DNA from: an uncultured Gammaproteobacteria bacterium
GTDB lineage: Bacteria > Patescibacteriota > Patescibacteriia > 2-01-FULL-39-33
NCBI GenBank assembly: GCA_964558935.1
Contig: CAZLFP010000007.1
Coordinates: 1 to 43,029, forward strand
Direction: 5' to 3'
DNA length: 43,029 nucleotides
The notes below the pieces were generated by a model. It was not told where the DNA came from, did not search any database, and was given only the letters and a program-made list of their open reading frames with translations. Below, one piece after another: positions 28,982 to 36,907 of the stretch. Positions within the stretch are counted from its first letter, which is position 1. Each line of letters starts with the position of its first letter. Both the position numbers and the translations under genes were made by a program.

Positions 28982-29789
28982 AACCGCTACCATTTTGGAT
29001 GGCCAAGGTTTAGCCAATGCCATCCTTAAAAAATTGGCTCAACAAATTCGTTCTGCCCGGGTCAGACCGGGCTTAGCAGCCGTTTTAGTCGGCAGTGATC
29101 CCGCTTCTGGCTTGTACATACGCTTAAAAGAAAAAGCCGCCCAAGCAGTGGGAATTAATTTCCACAAATATCTATGCAACGAACAATGTTACCAAGATAT
29201 TAGTCAACAAGAATTAATTCAGCTAATTAAATTTTTAAATCAAGATCAAGAGGTGGATGGTATTTTAGTGCAACTGCCTCTGCCTAAAAAATACGACAGT
29301 CGCAAAGTCTTACAAGCCATTGAGCCTCAAAAAGACGTTGATGGCTTCTTGACTGACCAAACCGGATTAATTCCCCCACCCATTGCAGCCATTATTAGTC
29401 TGCTGCAAGCCACTCACCAAGACTTGTCTGAGTTGTCGACTTTAATCATTGGCAAGGCAGATATCTTTCTCAACAGTTTAGACAAATACCTGCAACAAGA
29501 ATTGCCTTTAAAAAAAATTACCCGCAGAAAAAGCATTCCTCAGAATGCTAAAAACTTTGATATTATCATCATCGCCTTGGGTCAGGCTAAAGCCTTAAAA
29601 AAATCCCAGGTGAAGCAAGGGGCCATTGTCATAGACGTGGGCATTAACAAAACACCCACCGGCAAAGTGGTGGGAGATGTGGATCCCAAAGTAAAAGAAC
29701 AAGCCGCTTTCCTGTCTCCGGTGCCGGGCGGGGTTGGACCATTAACCGTGGCTCATTTATTGGAAAACACCTATAAACTGTCTCAATAA
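28974..29789 (+). CDS. folD: Bifunctional methylene-THF dehydrogenase/cyclohydrolase (divergent)
   Basis: YIRLK, GILVQLPLP, KDVDG, IDVGIN and PVPGGVGPLTVA. Confidence 0.9.
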   Translation: MNKTATILDGQGLANAILKKLAQQIRSARVRPGLAAVLVGSDPASGLYIRLKEKAAQAVGINFHKYLCNEQCYQDISQQELIQLIKFLNQDQEVDGILVQLPLPKKYDSRKVLQAIEPQKDVDGFLTDQTGLIPPPIAAIISLLQATHQDLSELSTLIIGKADIFLNSLDKYLQQELPLKKITRRKSIPQNAKNFDIIIIALGQAKALKKSQVKQGAIVIDVGINKTPTGKVVGDVDPKVKEQAAFLSPVPGGVGPLTVAHLLENTYKLSQ

Positions 29790-29795
29790 CAGAAA

Positions 29796-29824
29796 GCCCC
29801 ATCTCTTAACTGCAGAGATGGGGC
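29796..29824. terminator. Terminator hairpin between folD and the convergent orphan gene
   Basis: GCCCCATCTCT/AGAGATGGGGC 11-bp stem. Confidence 0.7.
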
Positions 29825-29830
29825 ATATGC

Positions 29831-30022
29831 TTAGGCGGCCAACAGCCGCCGAATCTTGATGACCAGCTGACTCAGCCAGCTGGTCTGGGCAGCCACTGGA
29901 GCGTTAACAGTGGCTGTGTAGAGGGGGCGAAACTCCAAATGCGGAGACCGCGCCCAAACAGGTACAAACCTACCCCGCCGCAGACACTGACGGCGGTAGA
30001 CTCGACGTTGATGAGAATTCAT
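29831..30022 (-). CDS. Small arginine-rich orphan protein (63 aa)
   Basis: AAGGAGGAG SD just before ATG 30022 (MNSHQRRVYRR); alternative start at 30037; own consensus promoter. Confidence 0.65.
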   Translation of the reverse strand: MNSHQRRVYRRQCLRRGRFVPVWARSPHLEFRPLYTATVNAPVAAQTSWLSQLVIKIRRLLAA

Positions 30023-30072
30023 TTTCTCCTCCTTCATAGTTCCTCTTTCAATATAACCAACAATGTTTCGAC

Positions 30073-30101
30073 ATTATAGCACATATACTAAATTTTGTCA
30101 A
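30073..30101 (-). promoter_or_regulatory. Consensus sigma70 promoter with extended -10
   Basis: TTGACA-17 bp (ending TGC)-TATAAT. Confidence 0.8.
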
Positions 30102-30105
30102 TAAT

Positions 30106-30133
30106 AAAACAACCTCTGCCGAGCAGAGGTTGT
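30106..30133 (-). terminator. Terminator after the exonuclease/small-ORF unit
   Basis: ACAACCTCTGC/GCAGAGGTTGT stem next to an A-run. Confidence 0.75.
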
Positions 30134-30140
30134 AATTGGC

Positions 30141-30299
30141 CTAATTATCCCACAACCAACGTTCCGGGGGTACTGGTTTGTGTTCAGCCACTAGTTGTTT
30201 GGCTTCCTCCTCAGTGACTGGCAGAAAAACCTCCTGTCCGTTAATCTCCAAACAATCCTGTTCAATGACCTGACCATCGATGCTGCGCTGTTTTTTCAT
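30141..30299 (-). CDS. Small hypothetical protein (52 aa), not in the ORF track
   Basis: AGGAGG SD overlapping the exonuclease stop; MKKQRSIDGQVIEQDCLEINGQEVFLPVTEEEAKQLVAEHKPVPPERWLWDN; terminator follows. Confidence 0.62.
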   Translation of the reverse strand: MKKQRSIDGQVIEQDCLEINGQEVFLPVTEEEAKQLVAEHKPVPPERWLWDN

Positions 30300-30307
30300 A
30301 CTGCCTC

Positions 30308-30880
30308 CTACAGATTGGATGACTGGTTGGTGATCGCTTCCGTCGACAAAATCTGTTCCATCAGGTGCAAAAACACTTGTGTATTGATTTCCACATCCGG
30401 CATGGCCCGGTGAGCATTCTTATGCTCCAAGCCATAATGTTTCGCCACATTGGTTAAGGTATGACTGGGTAATTTCAACAGTTTACGAGCTAACTCCAAA
30501 GTGTCTATGAGCTTATTCTCTAAAATTGGCAGCTCCATTTTCTTGAGCTGGTTTTGGATAAACAGCCAATCGAATTCACGAATATTATGGCCAACAACAA
30601 TGGAGTTACCAATAAATTCCAGATAATCATGTAAGACTTGATCTATTTTCCGACCATTCACCAACAGATAAAATTCATTCAACCCATGAATTTTTTCCGA
30701 TTCAGGTGGAATGGATCTTAAGGGTTGCACCAACGCTTCGTAGCGAGCTATCTCCTGCTTGCCTCTTAACCTGATAGCTGCAATTTCCAAAATATCATCC
30801 GATGCCGGATTTAGTCCAGTTGTCTCGATATCGAAAACAGTAAATTCAGTTTCCAAAAATTTTTGATACTTAGCTTGCAT
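30308..30880 (-). CDS. DEDDh 3'-5' exonuclease (DnaQ/PolC-exonuclease-like)
   Basis: FDIETTG, GHN..FD, IDTL and HRAMPD. Confidence 0.9.
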   Translation of the reverse strand: MQAKYQKFLETEFTVFDIETTGLNPASDDILEIAAIRLRGKQEIARYEALVQPLRSIPPESEKIHGLNEFYLLVNGRKIDQVLHDYLEFIGNSIVVGHNIREFDWLFIQNQLKKMELPILENKLIDTLELARKLLKLPSHTLTNVAKHYGLEHKNAHRAMPDVEINTQVFLHLMEQILSTEAITNQSSNL

Positions 30881-30975
30881 AATAGTATATCTTAAACCAT
30901 ATCAAGCAGAAGCGCAATATTGATAATTCTGACATTTTAAGCTATACTTGAGGAGATAAGACTCATATTTAACCT

Positions 30976-32025
30976 ATGTCATTTAGTATTGGCATTGTCG
31001 GCCTACCCAATGTCGGCAAATCCACCCTCTTTAAAGCCCTAACCAAGAAACAAGTTGATGCTGCCAACTACCCATTTTGCACCATCGATCCCAATGTCGG
31101 AGTGGTGGCAGTACCGGATGAACGACTGGATCAGTTGGCCATCATCTCGAATTCTGCCAAAAAAATCCCCACTACCATTGAATTTGTGGACATTGCGGGT
31201 TTGGTTAAGGGAGCCCATAAAGGCGAGGGTTTGGGTAATAAATTTCTGGCCAACATCCGTGAGGTGGATGCCATTGTTCAAGTTTTAAGACAGTTCAGCG
31301 ACAAGAACGTCACTCATGTAGATAACCAGGTTAATCCTGAATCTGACAAAGAAACCATTAATTTGGAATTGATTTTTGCTGATTTGCAAACGGTAGAGAA
31401 CAGGATTTCCAAAAACAACAAAGACTTGCACGCCAATGACAAAGCAGCTCTACAGTTGCAACCGATTTTAAACCAACTGAAACAAGGTTTGGAAAATGGT
31501 AAACTAGCTTCAGATATTCTGACACAACCAGCAGACAAACACTTAATCAGAGATCTGCACCTTTTAACCATTAAGCCCATGATCTATGTTTTAAATGTTG
31601 ATGAAAATAATGTAGTTGAGGACACTGACTACATTACCATATCCGCTAAAATTGAAGCGGAACTATCTGAACTACCGCCAGCAGAAGTGCAAGACTACCT
31701 GAAAGAATTGCAACTTTCTTCTTCAGGCCTTGACAAATTGATCAAACAAGCTTATAATGTGCTCGGATTAATCACTTACTTTACATCCGGTCCGCAAGAA
31801 ACCAGGGCCTGGACCATTACCCAGGGGACCAAAGCACCGCAAGCAGCCGGTAAGATCCACACTGACTTTGAACAAGGCTTTATTAAGGCAGAAGTCATTA
31901 AGTGGCAAGATTTGGTGCAAGCCGGTGGCGAAACCCAAGCCAAAGAAAAAGGATTGATTCGTCTCGAAGGTAAAGAATACGTCTTTCAAGACGGAGACGT
32001 AGCCTTATTCCATTTTAGTAAATAA
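30976..32025 (+). CDS. ychF: Ribosome-binding ATPase YchF
   Basis: [39 protein letters not shown] and [13 protein letters not shown]. Confidence 0.97.
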   Translation: MSFSIGIVGLPNVGKSTLFKALTKKQVDAANYPFCTIDPNVGVVAVPDERLDQLAIISNSAKKIPTTIEFVDIAGLVKGAHKGEGLGNKFLANIREVDAIVQVLRQFSDKNVTHVDNQVNPESDKETINLELIFADLQTVENRISKNNKDLHANDKAALQLQPILNQLKQGLENGKLASDILTQPADKHLIRDLHLLTIKPMIYVLNVDENNVVEDTDYITISAKIEAELSELPPAEVQDYLKELQLSSSGLDKLIKQAYNVLGLITYFTSGPQETRAWTITQGTKAPQAAGKIHTDFEQGFIKAEVIKWQDLVQAGGETQAKEKGLIRLEGKEYVFQDGDVALFHFSK

Positions 32026-32038
32026 TGTGTTCAAGAGT

Positions 32039-32176
32039 ATGGATGATGATGCAGTTCTAAAATTTTTGTTTTACAGTATTTTGGTGCTATCTATGATAGT
32101 CATTGTTGGAATTTGGGAAAGTTTTGTCCAACCACTCATAAAACTCTTAATGGAAAGTGTTAACATTACTTTTTAA
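32039..32176 (+). CDS. Putative small single-TM protein (45 aa), not in the ORF track
   Basis: MDDDAVLKFLFYSILVLSMIVIVGIWESFVQPLIKLLMESVNITF, between ychF and the terminator at 32198-32223. Confidence 0.45.
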   Translation: MDDDAVLKFLFYSILVLSMIVIVGIWESFVQPLIKLLMESVNITF

Positions 32177-32197
32177 ACAAATTACACATATACTCAT

Positions 32198-32223
32198 AAA
32201 CAGCTTAATATAGCTGTTTTTTT
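32198..32223 (+). terminator. Terminator of the ychF unit
   Basis: AAACAGCT/AGCTGTTT stem plus a T-run. Confidence 0.7.
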
Positions 32224-32255
32224 GTTTAAATTTAAATAAATAACCAGCTTGTATA

Positions 32256-32411
32256 TTGACAAAATTAATATAATATGCTATAGTGGTATATCACGTTAAG
32301 TGATTGTTCTTTGACTTCGACTTACCCCGGTCTGACTGTTTCAGATTGGGTTGAGCATAGATTCCAAGTACCCCAATTACTCCCTATTAGATGGGGAGTG
32401 AAAAAAAGGAG
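32256..32411 (+). promoter_or_regulatory. Promoter plus structured leader of GC-rich orphan 1
   Basis: TTGACA-17-TATAGT, boxA-like TGTTCTTTGAC (32305-32315), two hairpins, AAGGAG SD. Confidence 0.7.
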
Positions 32412-32418
32412 AATGAAC

Positions 32419-33474
32419 ATGTCAGATTTCGCCATCATCGAGAACTGCCCCCTGAACAACGATCAGTACAGCAGCTGGCCCAATTTTCAGCTGCAAGTGA
32501 ATAAGGGCTTGGCTGACCAAGCCCAAGAGGCTCTCGGGCAGATGGAACTGCCCGGAAGTCTGAAGGGCTGGCTGTTCAATGGCCAGCTCCAGGTCATCGG
32601 AGACGACCTGAGCCTGGAGCAGATCCTCCAGGTGGCCGCCGATCTCTGGGAAAAATTGAATCCCCCCAACGGGGATATCAAACTGCTGTCCCGAGTCCCG
32701 GAGACGCAGGAGTTGCCGGCAGATCTGGCTGATCTGCCGACGGAGGAATACGAAGGTGAGACCTATGAGGTCATCACTTTCGTGTTGGGGCATGGATTCG
32801 TGCCCAAATTCTCGATTATCGAGATCCTGTTCCCGGTCACCAGCCGGGACGTCGACGACGTTCGGTACCGCGTCAAGCGGTTCAGAAACGGCGTGGAGCC
32901 CGAATTGACTGGACAGCCCAAGGTTGTCCAGACCATGGCCGAGGCTGTCGGCATCGCCTACAGCCAGAAGGGTGGTCACCTTGACCAGACGGCCACGAAT
33001 GGTTTGAGGCAAGTCAAGTCGTTCGTATTCCGCGTGATCGCGGACCTCTGGAGCGACGAGTACGTCGCTGTCGAGGGTTTCACCGAGAGACGGATCCCCC
33101 GCCACCCGACTGACCCGACCACTCCCAAGAGTGTCGACCACAACGGTGAGTCTTGGTATGAGGCTCACCGGATACTCGGGATCGGCTCCGGCCCCAAGTT
33201 CACGCGATGCCGGATCCTCTTCGCCAAGAAGGATCCGATGAACCGACTCAAGATTGTTGCCACGATAGTGGACAACAATCCTGAGCAGCAGAAGGAGGTC
33301 AAGAGTGGCGAATTCGATGACGTCCAAGACGTCATCCGATTCGCCTTCAACCAGCCCTGCGGCGAGATCCGCGGCGCCGCGTGGGGGGCCAACCGAGGTC
33401 TCCGCGAGGAGATCAAGCGGCTTCGGGCCAAATGGTTCGAGGCCAAGGAACGGAAGAACCCGTTCCGTCAGTAA
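32419..33474 (+). CDS. GC-rich orphan protein (351 aa) with an internal ~130-aa domain duplication
   Basis: SD 7 nt before ATG 32419; strong C/G third-position bias; terminator follows. Confidence 0.8.
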   Translation: MSDFAIIENCPLNNDQYSSWPNFQLQVNKGLADQAQEALGQMELPGSLKGWLFNGQLQVIGDDLSLEQILQVAADLWEKLNPPNGDIKLLSRVPETQELPADLADLPTEEYEGETYEVITFVLGHGFVPKFSIIEILFPVTSRDVDDVRYRVKRFRNGVEPELTGQPKVVQTMAEAVGIAYSQKGGHLDQTATNGLRQVKSFVFRVIADLWSDEYVAVEGFTERRIPRHPTDPTTPKSVDHNGESWYEAHRILGIGSGPKFTRCRILFAKKDPMNRLKIVATIVDNNPEQQKEVKSGEFDDVQDVIRFAFNQPCGEIRGAAWGANRGLREEIKRLRAKWFEAKERKNPFRQ

Positions 33475-33481
33475 TGACTTT

Positions 33482-33519
33482 AACCCCGCCACAACTGAAC
33501 GCAGTTGAGGCGGGGTTTT
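33482..33519 (+). terminator. Long hairpin terminator
   Basis: AACCCCGCC-A-CAACTG/CAGTTG-A-GGCGGGGTT plus a T-rich tail. Confidence 0.8.
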
Positions 33520-33532
33520 CTCTTTATCTCAA

Positions 33533-34633
33533 TTATTCTGCAACATACACCCGTATTCTTCTCCAAACATGCTGCTTATCTCGTTTGTAAATTAAATTAT
33601 CTGTCTTTGCCAACTTAAAACCCATCTCGGCAATTTGTGAATCCAAATTCAAACCCAGTACCTGATCGGATATGTGCCATTGTGGCATAACCATAACCAA
33701 CTTACCATGACTCCTTAATACACTCTTAAATGACTTAAAAGCTTGTAAATAGACAGCTTTAACTTGTTGGATATTCTTTTCAATCTCCAAATTAGACTCC
33801 TTGCCGGTTAAAGGTTTGCCCAAATACGGTTCCGTAACAATCCCGTCCACAGATTTTAAATGCCTGACCAAATCTTGAACATCAGATTGGAAAATTTGAG
33901 ATTTAAACTGCCACTTAAATTTATCCCTTAACCAAGACAGATTTTGCTGAGTATCTGCCACCGCCCGATCTGAAACATCTGATCCAAGCAAATTGGTATA
34001 ACCCAAGGCTGCCGCTTGCATCAGAATCGTACCTGAACCGCAAAAAGGATCCAGTACAGACGCTGTGTGTTCCAACTGAGCCAGGTTCAGCATAATCTTA
34101 GCTAATTTAGGCGGTAACATACCACTTTTGGCATCAGCTCTGGGACGACCGTAATCCAGTTGACTGTACGTCTTGAAATCTTGGACCGCACACGTTACAC
34201 CCCAAATCTTGGGTAGAATTAAAAAATCCACACATTTATTTTTCTTAACAATGACTGAGGACAAGGCTGGTTCTTGAGCAGTAACCAGACGGCTGTTAAT
34301 ACCAGCTTGTTTCAACATTCTTTTCACTTCCATACCCAGTTTACGATCTGGTTTTCGGTTGTAATAGCTTAAACCGAATTTGACTTTGCCCTCAGGTTGG
34401 GATTGTTGAACATGCTGAGCTAGATTCTCTGCTGTTAATGGCTTGTCTATCACTTGACCCAGCTTAATGCTGCCACCCAGGATATCTAACACCTGTTGGC
34501 AGTCCAAAATGGGTGAGTTTACCACCAAATATTGGTCTGTTTGGTCAATAATCTCACAATCCGTGACAAATGACTCAATTTCAGCTTTAGATAATTTAGG
34601 ATTATTACCTAGAATAAAAATATAGTTTGGCAT
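33533..34633 (-). CDS. Trm11/TrmG10-like RNA methyltransferase (degenerate THUMP plus SAM domain)
   Basis: P.LS.AEI N-terminus, LPPKLAKIMLNLA, VLDPFCGSGTIL, GSD and IVTEPYLG. Confidence 0.72.
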   Translation of the reverse strand: MPNYIFILGNNPKLSKAEIESFVTDCEIIDQTDQYLVVNSPILDCQQVLDILGGSIKLGQVIDKPLTAENLAQHVQQSQPEGKVKFGLSYYNRKPDRKLGMEVKRMLKQAGINSRLVTAQEPALSSVIVKKNKCVDFLILPKIWGVTCAVQDFKTYSQLDYGRPRADAKSGMLPPKLAKIMLNLAQLEHTASVLDPFCGSGTILMQAAALGYTNLLGSDVSDRAVADTQQNLSWLRDKFKWQFKSQIFQSDVQDLVRHLKSVDGIVTEPYLGKPLTGKESNLEIEKNIQQVKAVYLQAFKSFKSVLRSHGKLVMVMPQWHISDQVLGLNLDSQIAEMGFKLAKTDNLIYKRDKQHVWRRIRVYVAE

Positions 34634-34654
34634 ACATCAGGATTATACCCCATC

Positions 34655-34803
34655 TTGACAAAATAATCCAGTCATGGTAAGCTGTGGGTATATAAAAAAT
34701 ACCTTTCCCAAGTATATCCTGTCATGAATCTAAGACAGGAAAAGGTACATCACTGCATTAGTTTTAATCTAAGGGTGTGCCTTTAGGTTTTTTTTATACC
34801 CCC
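34655..34803 (+). promoter_or_regulatory. rpsF operon promoter and attenuator-like structured leader
   Basis: TTGACA-17-TAAGCT; competing stems and a hairpin followed by T8 at 34769-34795. Confidence 0.55.
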
Positions 34804-34840
34804 TTTAAATCTAATTAACCCTTAATCTGTTACATTAGTT

Positions 34841-35320
34841 ATGGACAAAGCAACCAAACCGGCAGCTAACAATACTTATGAACTGCTGTACATTGTATCA
34901 AACCAATACACTGAGGATGAATTGACTGACATTCGACATAAAGTGGATCAGTTAATTAACCAGTACAACGGCAGTATTGGCTACCAAGAATTTTTAGGCA
35001 AGAAAAAACTAGCCTATCCCATCAACAAAGTGGCTCATGGTTACTACGTCGTCACCGAATTCGAGCTAGACGACAAAACTCAAGTTGAAAAATTGGACAA
35101 CCTACTGAAATTGGATAACCAGATTTTACGACACATGATCATTATTCGACCCAAAACCCAAGCTGAATCAACTAGAGTTAGAACCGCCAGCTCCAAACCA
35201 ACTGTCAGTCCCGAAGAACCGGCTGAAAAGCCTAAAACCACCACCACCAAAAACAAGGTGAGTATGGAAAAATTGGATGAAAAGTTAGATGAAATCTTAA
35301 ATGACGATACCATCATCTAA
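34841..35320 (+). CDS. rpsF: 30S ribosomal protein S6
   Basis: YELLYIV, LGKKKLAYPI and ILRHMI; extended C-terminal tail. Confidence 0.95.
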   Translation: MDKATKPAANNTYELLYIVSNQYTEDELTDIRHKVDQLINQYNGSIGYQEFLGKKKLAYPINKVAHGYYVVTEFELDDKTQVEKLDNLLKLDNQILRHMIIIRPKTQAESTRVRTASSKPTVSPEEPAEKPKTTTTKNKVSMEKLDEKLDEILNDDTII

Positions 35321-35337
35321 ATCATAACCATAATCGT

Positions 35338-35775
35338 ATGAATCTTAACAAAGCCATTATCATTGGTAATTTAACTCAGGATCCAGAAACCAAAAATACT
35401 CCCAATGGCCAAACAGTCTCTTCTTTTACCGTCGCAACCAACCGCGTCTGGAATAATCCGCAAGGTGAAAAGCAAGAACAAGCTGAATTCCATAATGTTG
35501 TGGCTTGGGGCAGATTGGCAGAGATTGTCAGTCAGTATTTAGCTAAAGGTCGCTTATGTATGGTAGAGGGCAGAATCCAAACCAGAAGCTGGGATGACCA
35601 AAGTGGCAACCGACATTGGAAAACAGAGATTATTGCCGAGAATATCCAATTAGGACCTCGAGGTGGCAATGGCGGAGATAATTATTCCCAAGCTCAATCC
35701 AATGCTCAGGCTGCCAAACCAGTTAAATCAGAAGATTCAGATGAAGACATTAAGATTGAGGATATACCTTTTTAA
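35338..35775 (+). CDS. ssb: Single-stranded DNA-binding protein
   Basis: NKAIIIGNLTQDPE, VEGRIQTRSW and C-terminal EDIPF. Confidence 0.97.
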   Translation: MNLNKAIIIGNLTQDPETKNTPNGQTVSSFTVATNRVWNNPQGEKQEQAEFHNVVAWGRLAEIVSQYLAKGRLCMVEGRIQTRSWDDQSGNRHWKTEIIAENIQLGPRGGNGGDNYSQAQSNAQAAKPVKSEDSDEDIKIEDIPF

Positions 35776-35785
35776 TTAAATAAGT

Positions 35786-36016
35786 ATGACTAAAACCAAA
35801 AATTTAAACCAAAAAGACAAATATTGTCACTTTTGCGTCAATAATATTAAATACATAGACTACAAGGACCAGCAACTGTTAAGACGCTTTATTTCTTCCT
35901 ACTCTAAAATCGTACCTCGCAAAAGAAGTGGCGTTTGCGTCAAACACCAAAGAAAATTGGCTACTGCCATTAAGAGAGCCAGAATCATGGCTATCTTACC
36001 TTTTGTAACTAAGTAA
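35786..36016 (+). CDS. rpsR: 30S ribosomal protein S18 (zinc-binding type)
   Basis: CHFC, IDYKD and C.KHQR.L..AIKRAR. Confidence 0.96.
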   Translation: MTKTKNLNQKDKYCHFCVNNIKYIDYKDQQLLRRFISSYSKIVPRKRSGVCVKHQRKLATAIKRARIMAILPFVTK

Positions 36017-36069
36017 TCATAAACTAAAGACAGGTGTCCAACCTGTTTTTAGTTGTAAATACATATCCC

Positions 36070-36633
36070 ATGATTTCAACTTTAAACGATATTAAAAAAG
36101 GATTGAATATTGTTCATGAAAGCGAACCATACACCGTAATTGAAGCGCATTTTGTCAGAATGCAACAGCGTAAACCGGTCATGCAGACCAAGATTAAAAA
36201 TCTGCTCAACGGTAAAGTGGTAGAAATCAATTATCATCCGGGAGACAAGGTTGAGGAAGCGGATCTGCAGAGAAAAAAGGTGGATTATCTGTACAATGAT
36301 GGGGCCAATTATTTTTTCATGGATCCTGACTCTTGCGAACAATTTGAATTACCAAAAGATAACTTAGAAACCATCTTAGGCTATTTACTGGAAGGAGATA
36401 AGGTAGATGCCCTGTATTTCAATGACAAACCAGTAGCTGTGTCACTGCCCAATACGGTGGCGTTAAAAGTCACTTCTGCTCCGGAAGGCGTTAGGGGTAA
36501 TACCGCTCAAGGCAAGGTGACCAAGTCAGCTGAACTGGAAACCGGCCTCAACCTCCAAGTGCCTCTGTTTATTAAAACAGGCGATGTTATTAAGATCAAT
36601 ACGGAAACTGGAGAGTATATGGAAAGAGTTTAA
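36070..36633 (+). CDS. efp: Elongation factor P
   Basis: YLYNDG..YFFMD, GVRGNT, ETGL...VPLFI and INTETGEY.ER; start reassigned to ATG 36070. Confidence 0.93.
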   Translation: MISTLNDIKKGLNIVHESEPYTVIEAHFVRMQQRKPVMQTKIKNLLNGKVVEINYHPGDKVEEADLQRKKVDYLYNDGANYFFMDPDSCEQFELPKDNLETILGYLLEGDKVDALYFNDKPVAVSLPNTVALKVTSAPEGVRGNTAQGKVTKSAELETGLNLQVPLFIKTGDVIKINTETGEYMERV

Positions 36634-36651
36634 AAAACCTAAAAACAGTTT

Positions 36652-36679
36652 AAATGCCCGGTTAAAAACCGGGTATTTT
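36652..36679 (+). terminator. efp terminator
   Basis: AAATGCCCGGTT/AACCGGGTATTT stem. Confidence 0.65.
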
Positions 36680-36721
36680 AGTTAAATTTATCTAAATTAA
36701 GATAAAATATACCTAAAAATG

Positions 36722-36898
36722 TTGACAAAATACAATATATGTGATATGGTATTGGGCAGTACTTGAACAATTTAACCCCTGTTTATGGGGAAACCGCTTA
36801 CGATCACACAAGTCCCCCACTTCAACGGTGCCATAGTGGTGCCGTTGGTTATTTCCAAGTCGGTGCTAAGGCACCAAGTGGGCAAATGCCCGAAGGAG
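36722..36898 (+). promoter_or_regulatory. Promoter plus structured leader of GC-rich orphan 2
   Basis: TTGACA-17-TATGGT, a predicted three-way junction at 36816-36882, AAGGAG SD. Confidence 0.65.
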
Positions 36899-36907
36899 AA
36901 CGGAAGA

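Noticed and set aside
32311-32418. ORF-track N-terminal extension from TTG 32311
   Set aside because: It lies in the structured leader; the SD supports ATG 32419.
32422-33492. 356-aa antisense ORF covering the GC-rich orphan
   Set aside because: It mirrors the sense codons of a GC3-biased gene, which suppresses antisense stops. The promoter, SD and terminator all support the + strand.
34686-34803. SRP RNA or 6S RNA identity for the rpsF leader
   Set aside because: It lacks the SRP helix-8 GGAA-loop consensus and is too short and branched for a typical 6S rod.
36785-36907. ORF-track N-terminal extension of the secreted protein
   Set aside because: The SD and the signal peptide both place the start at 36908.
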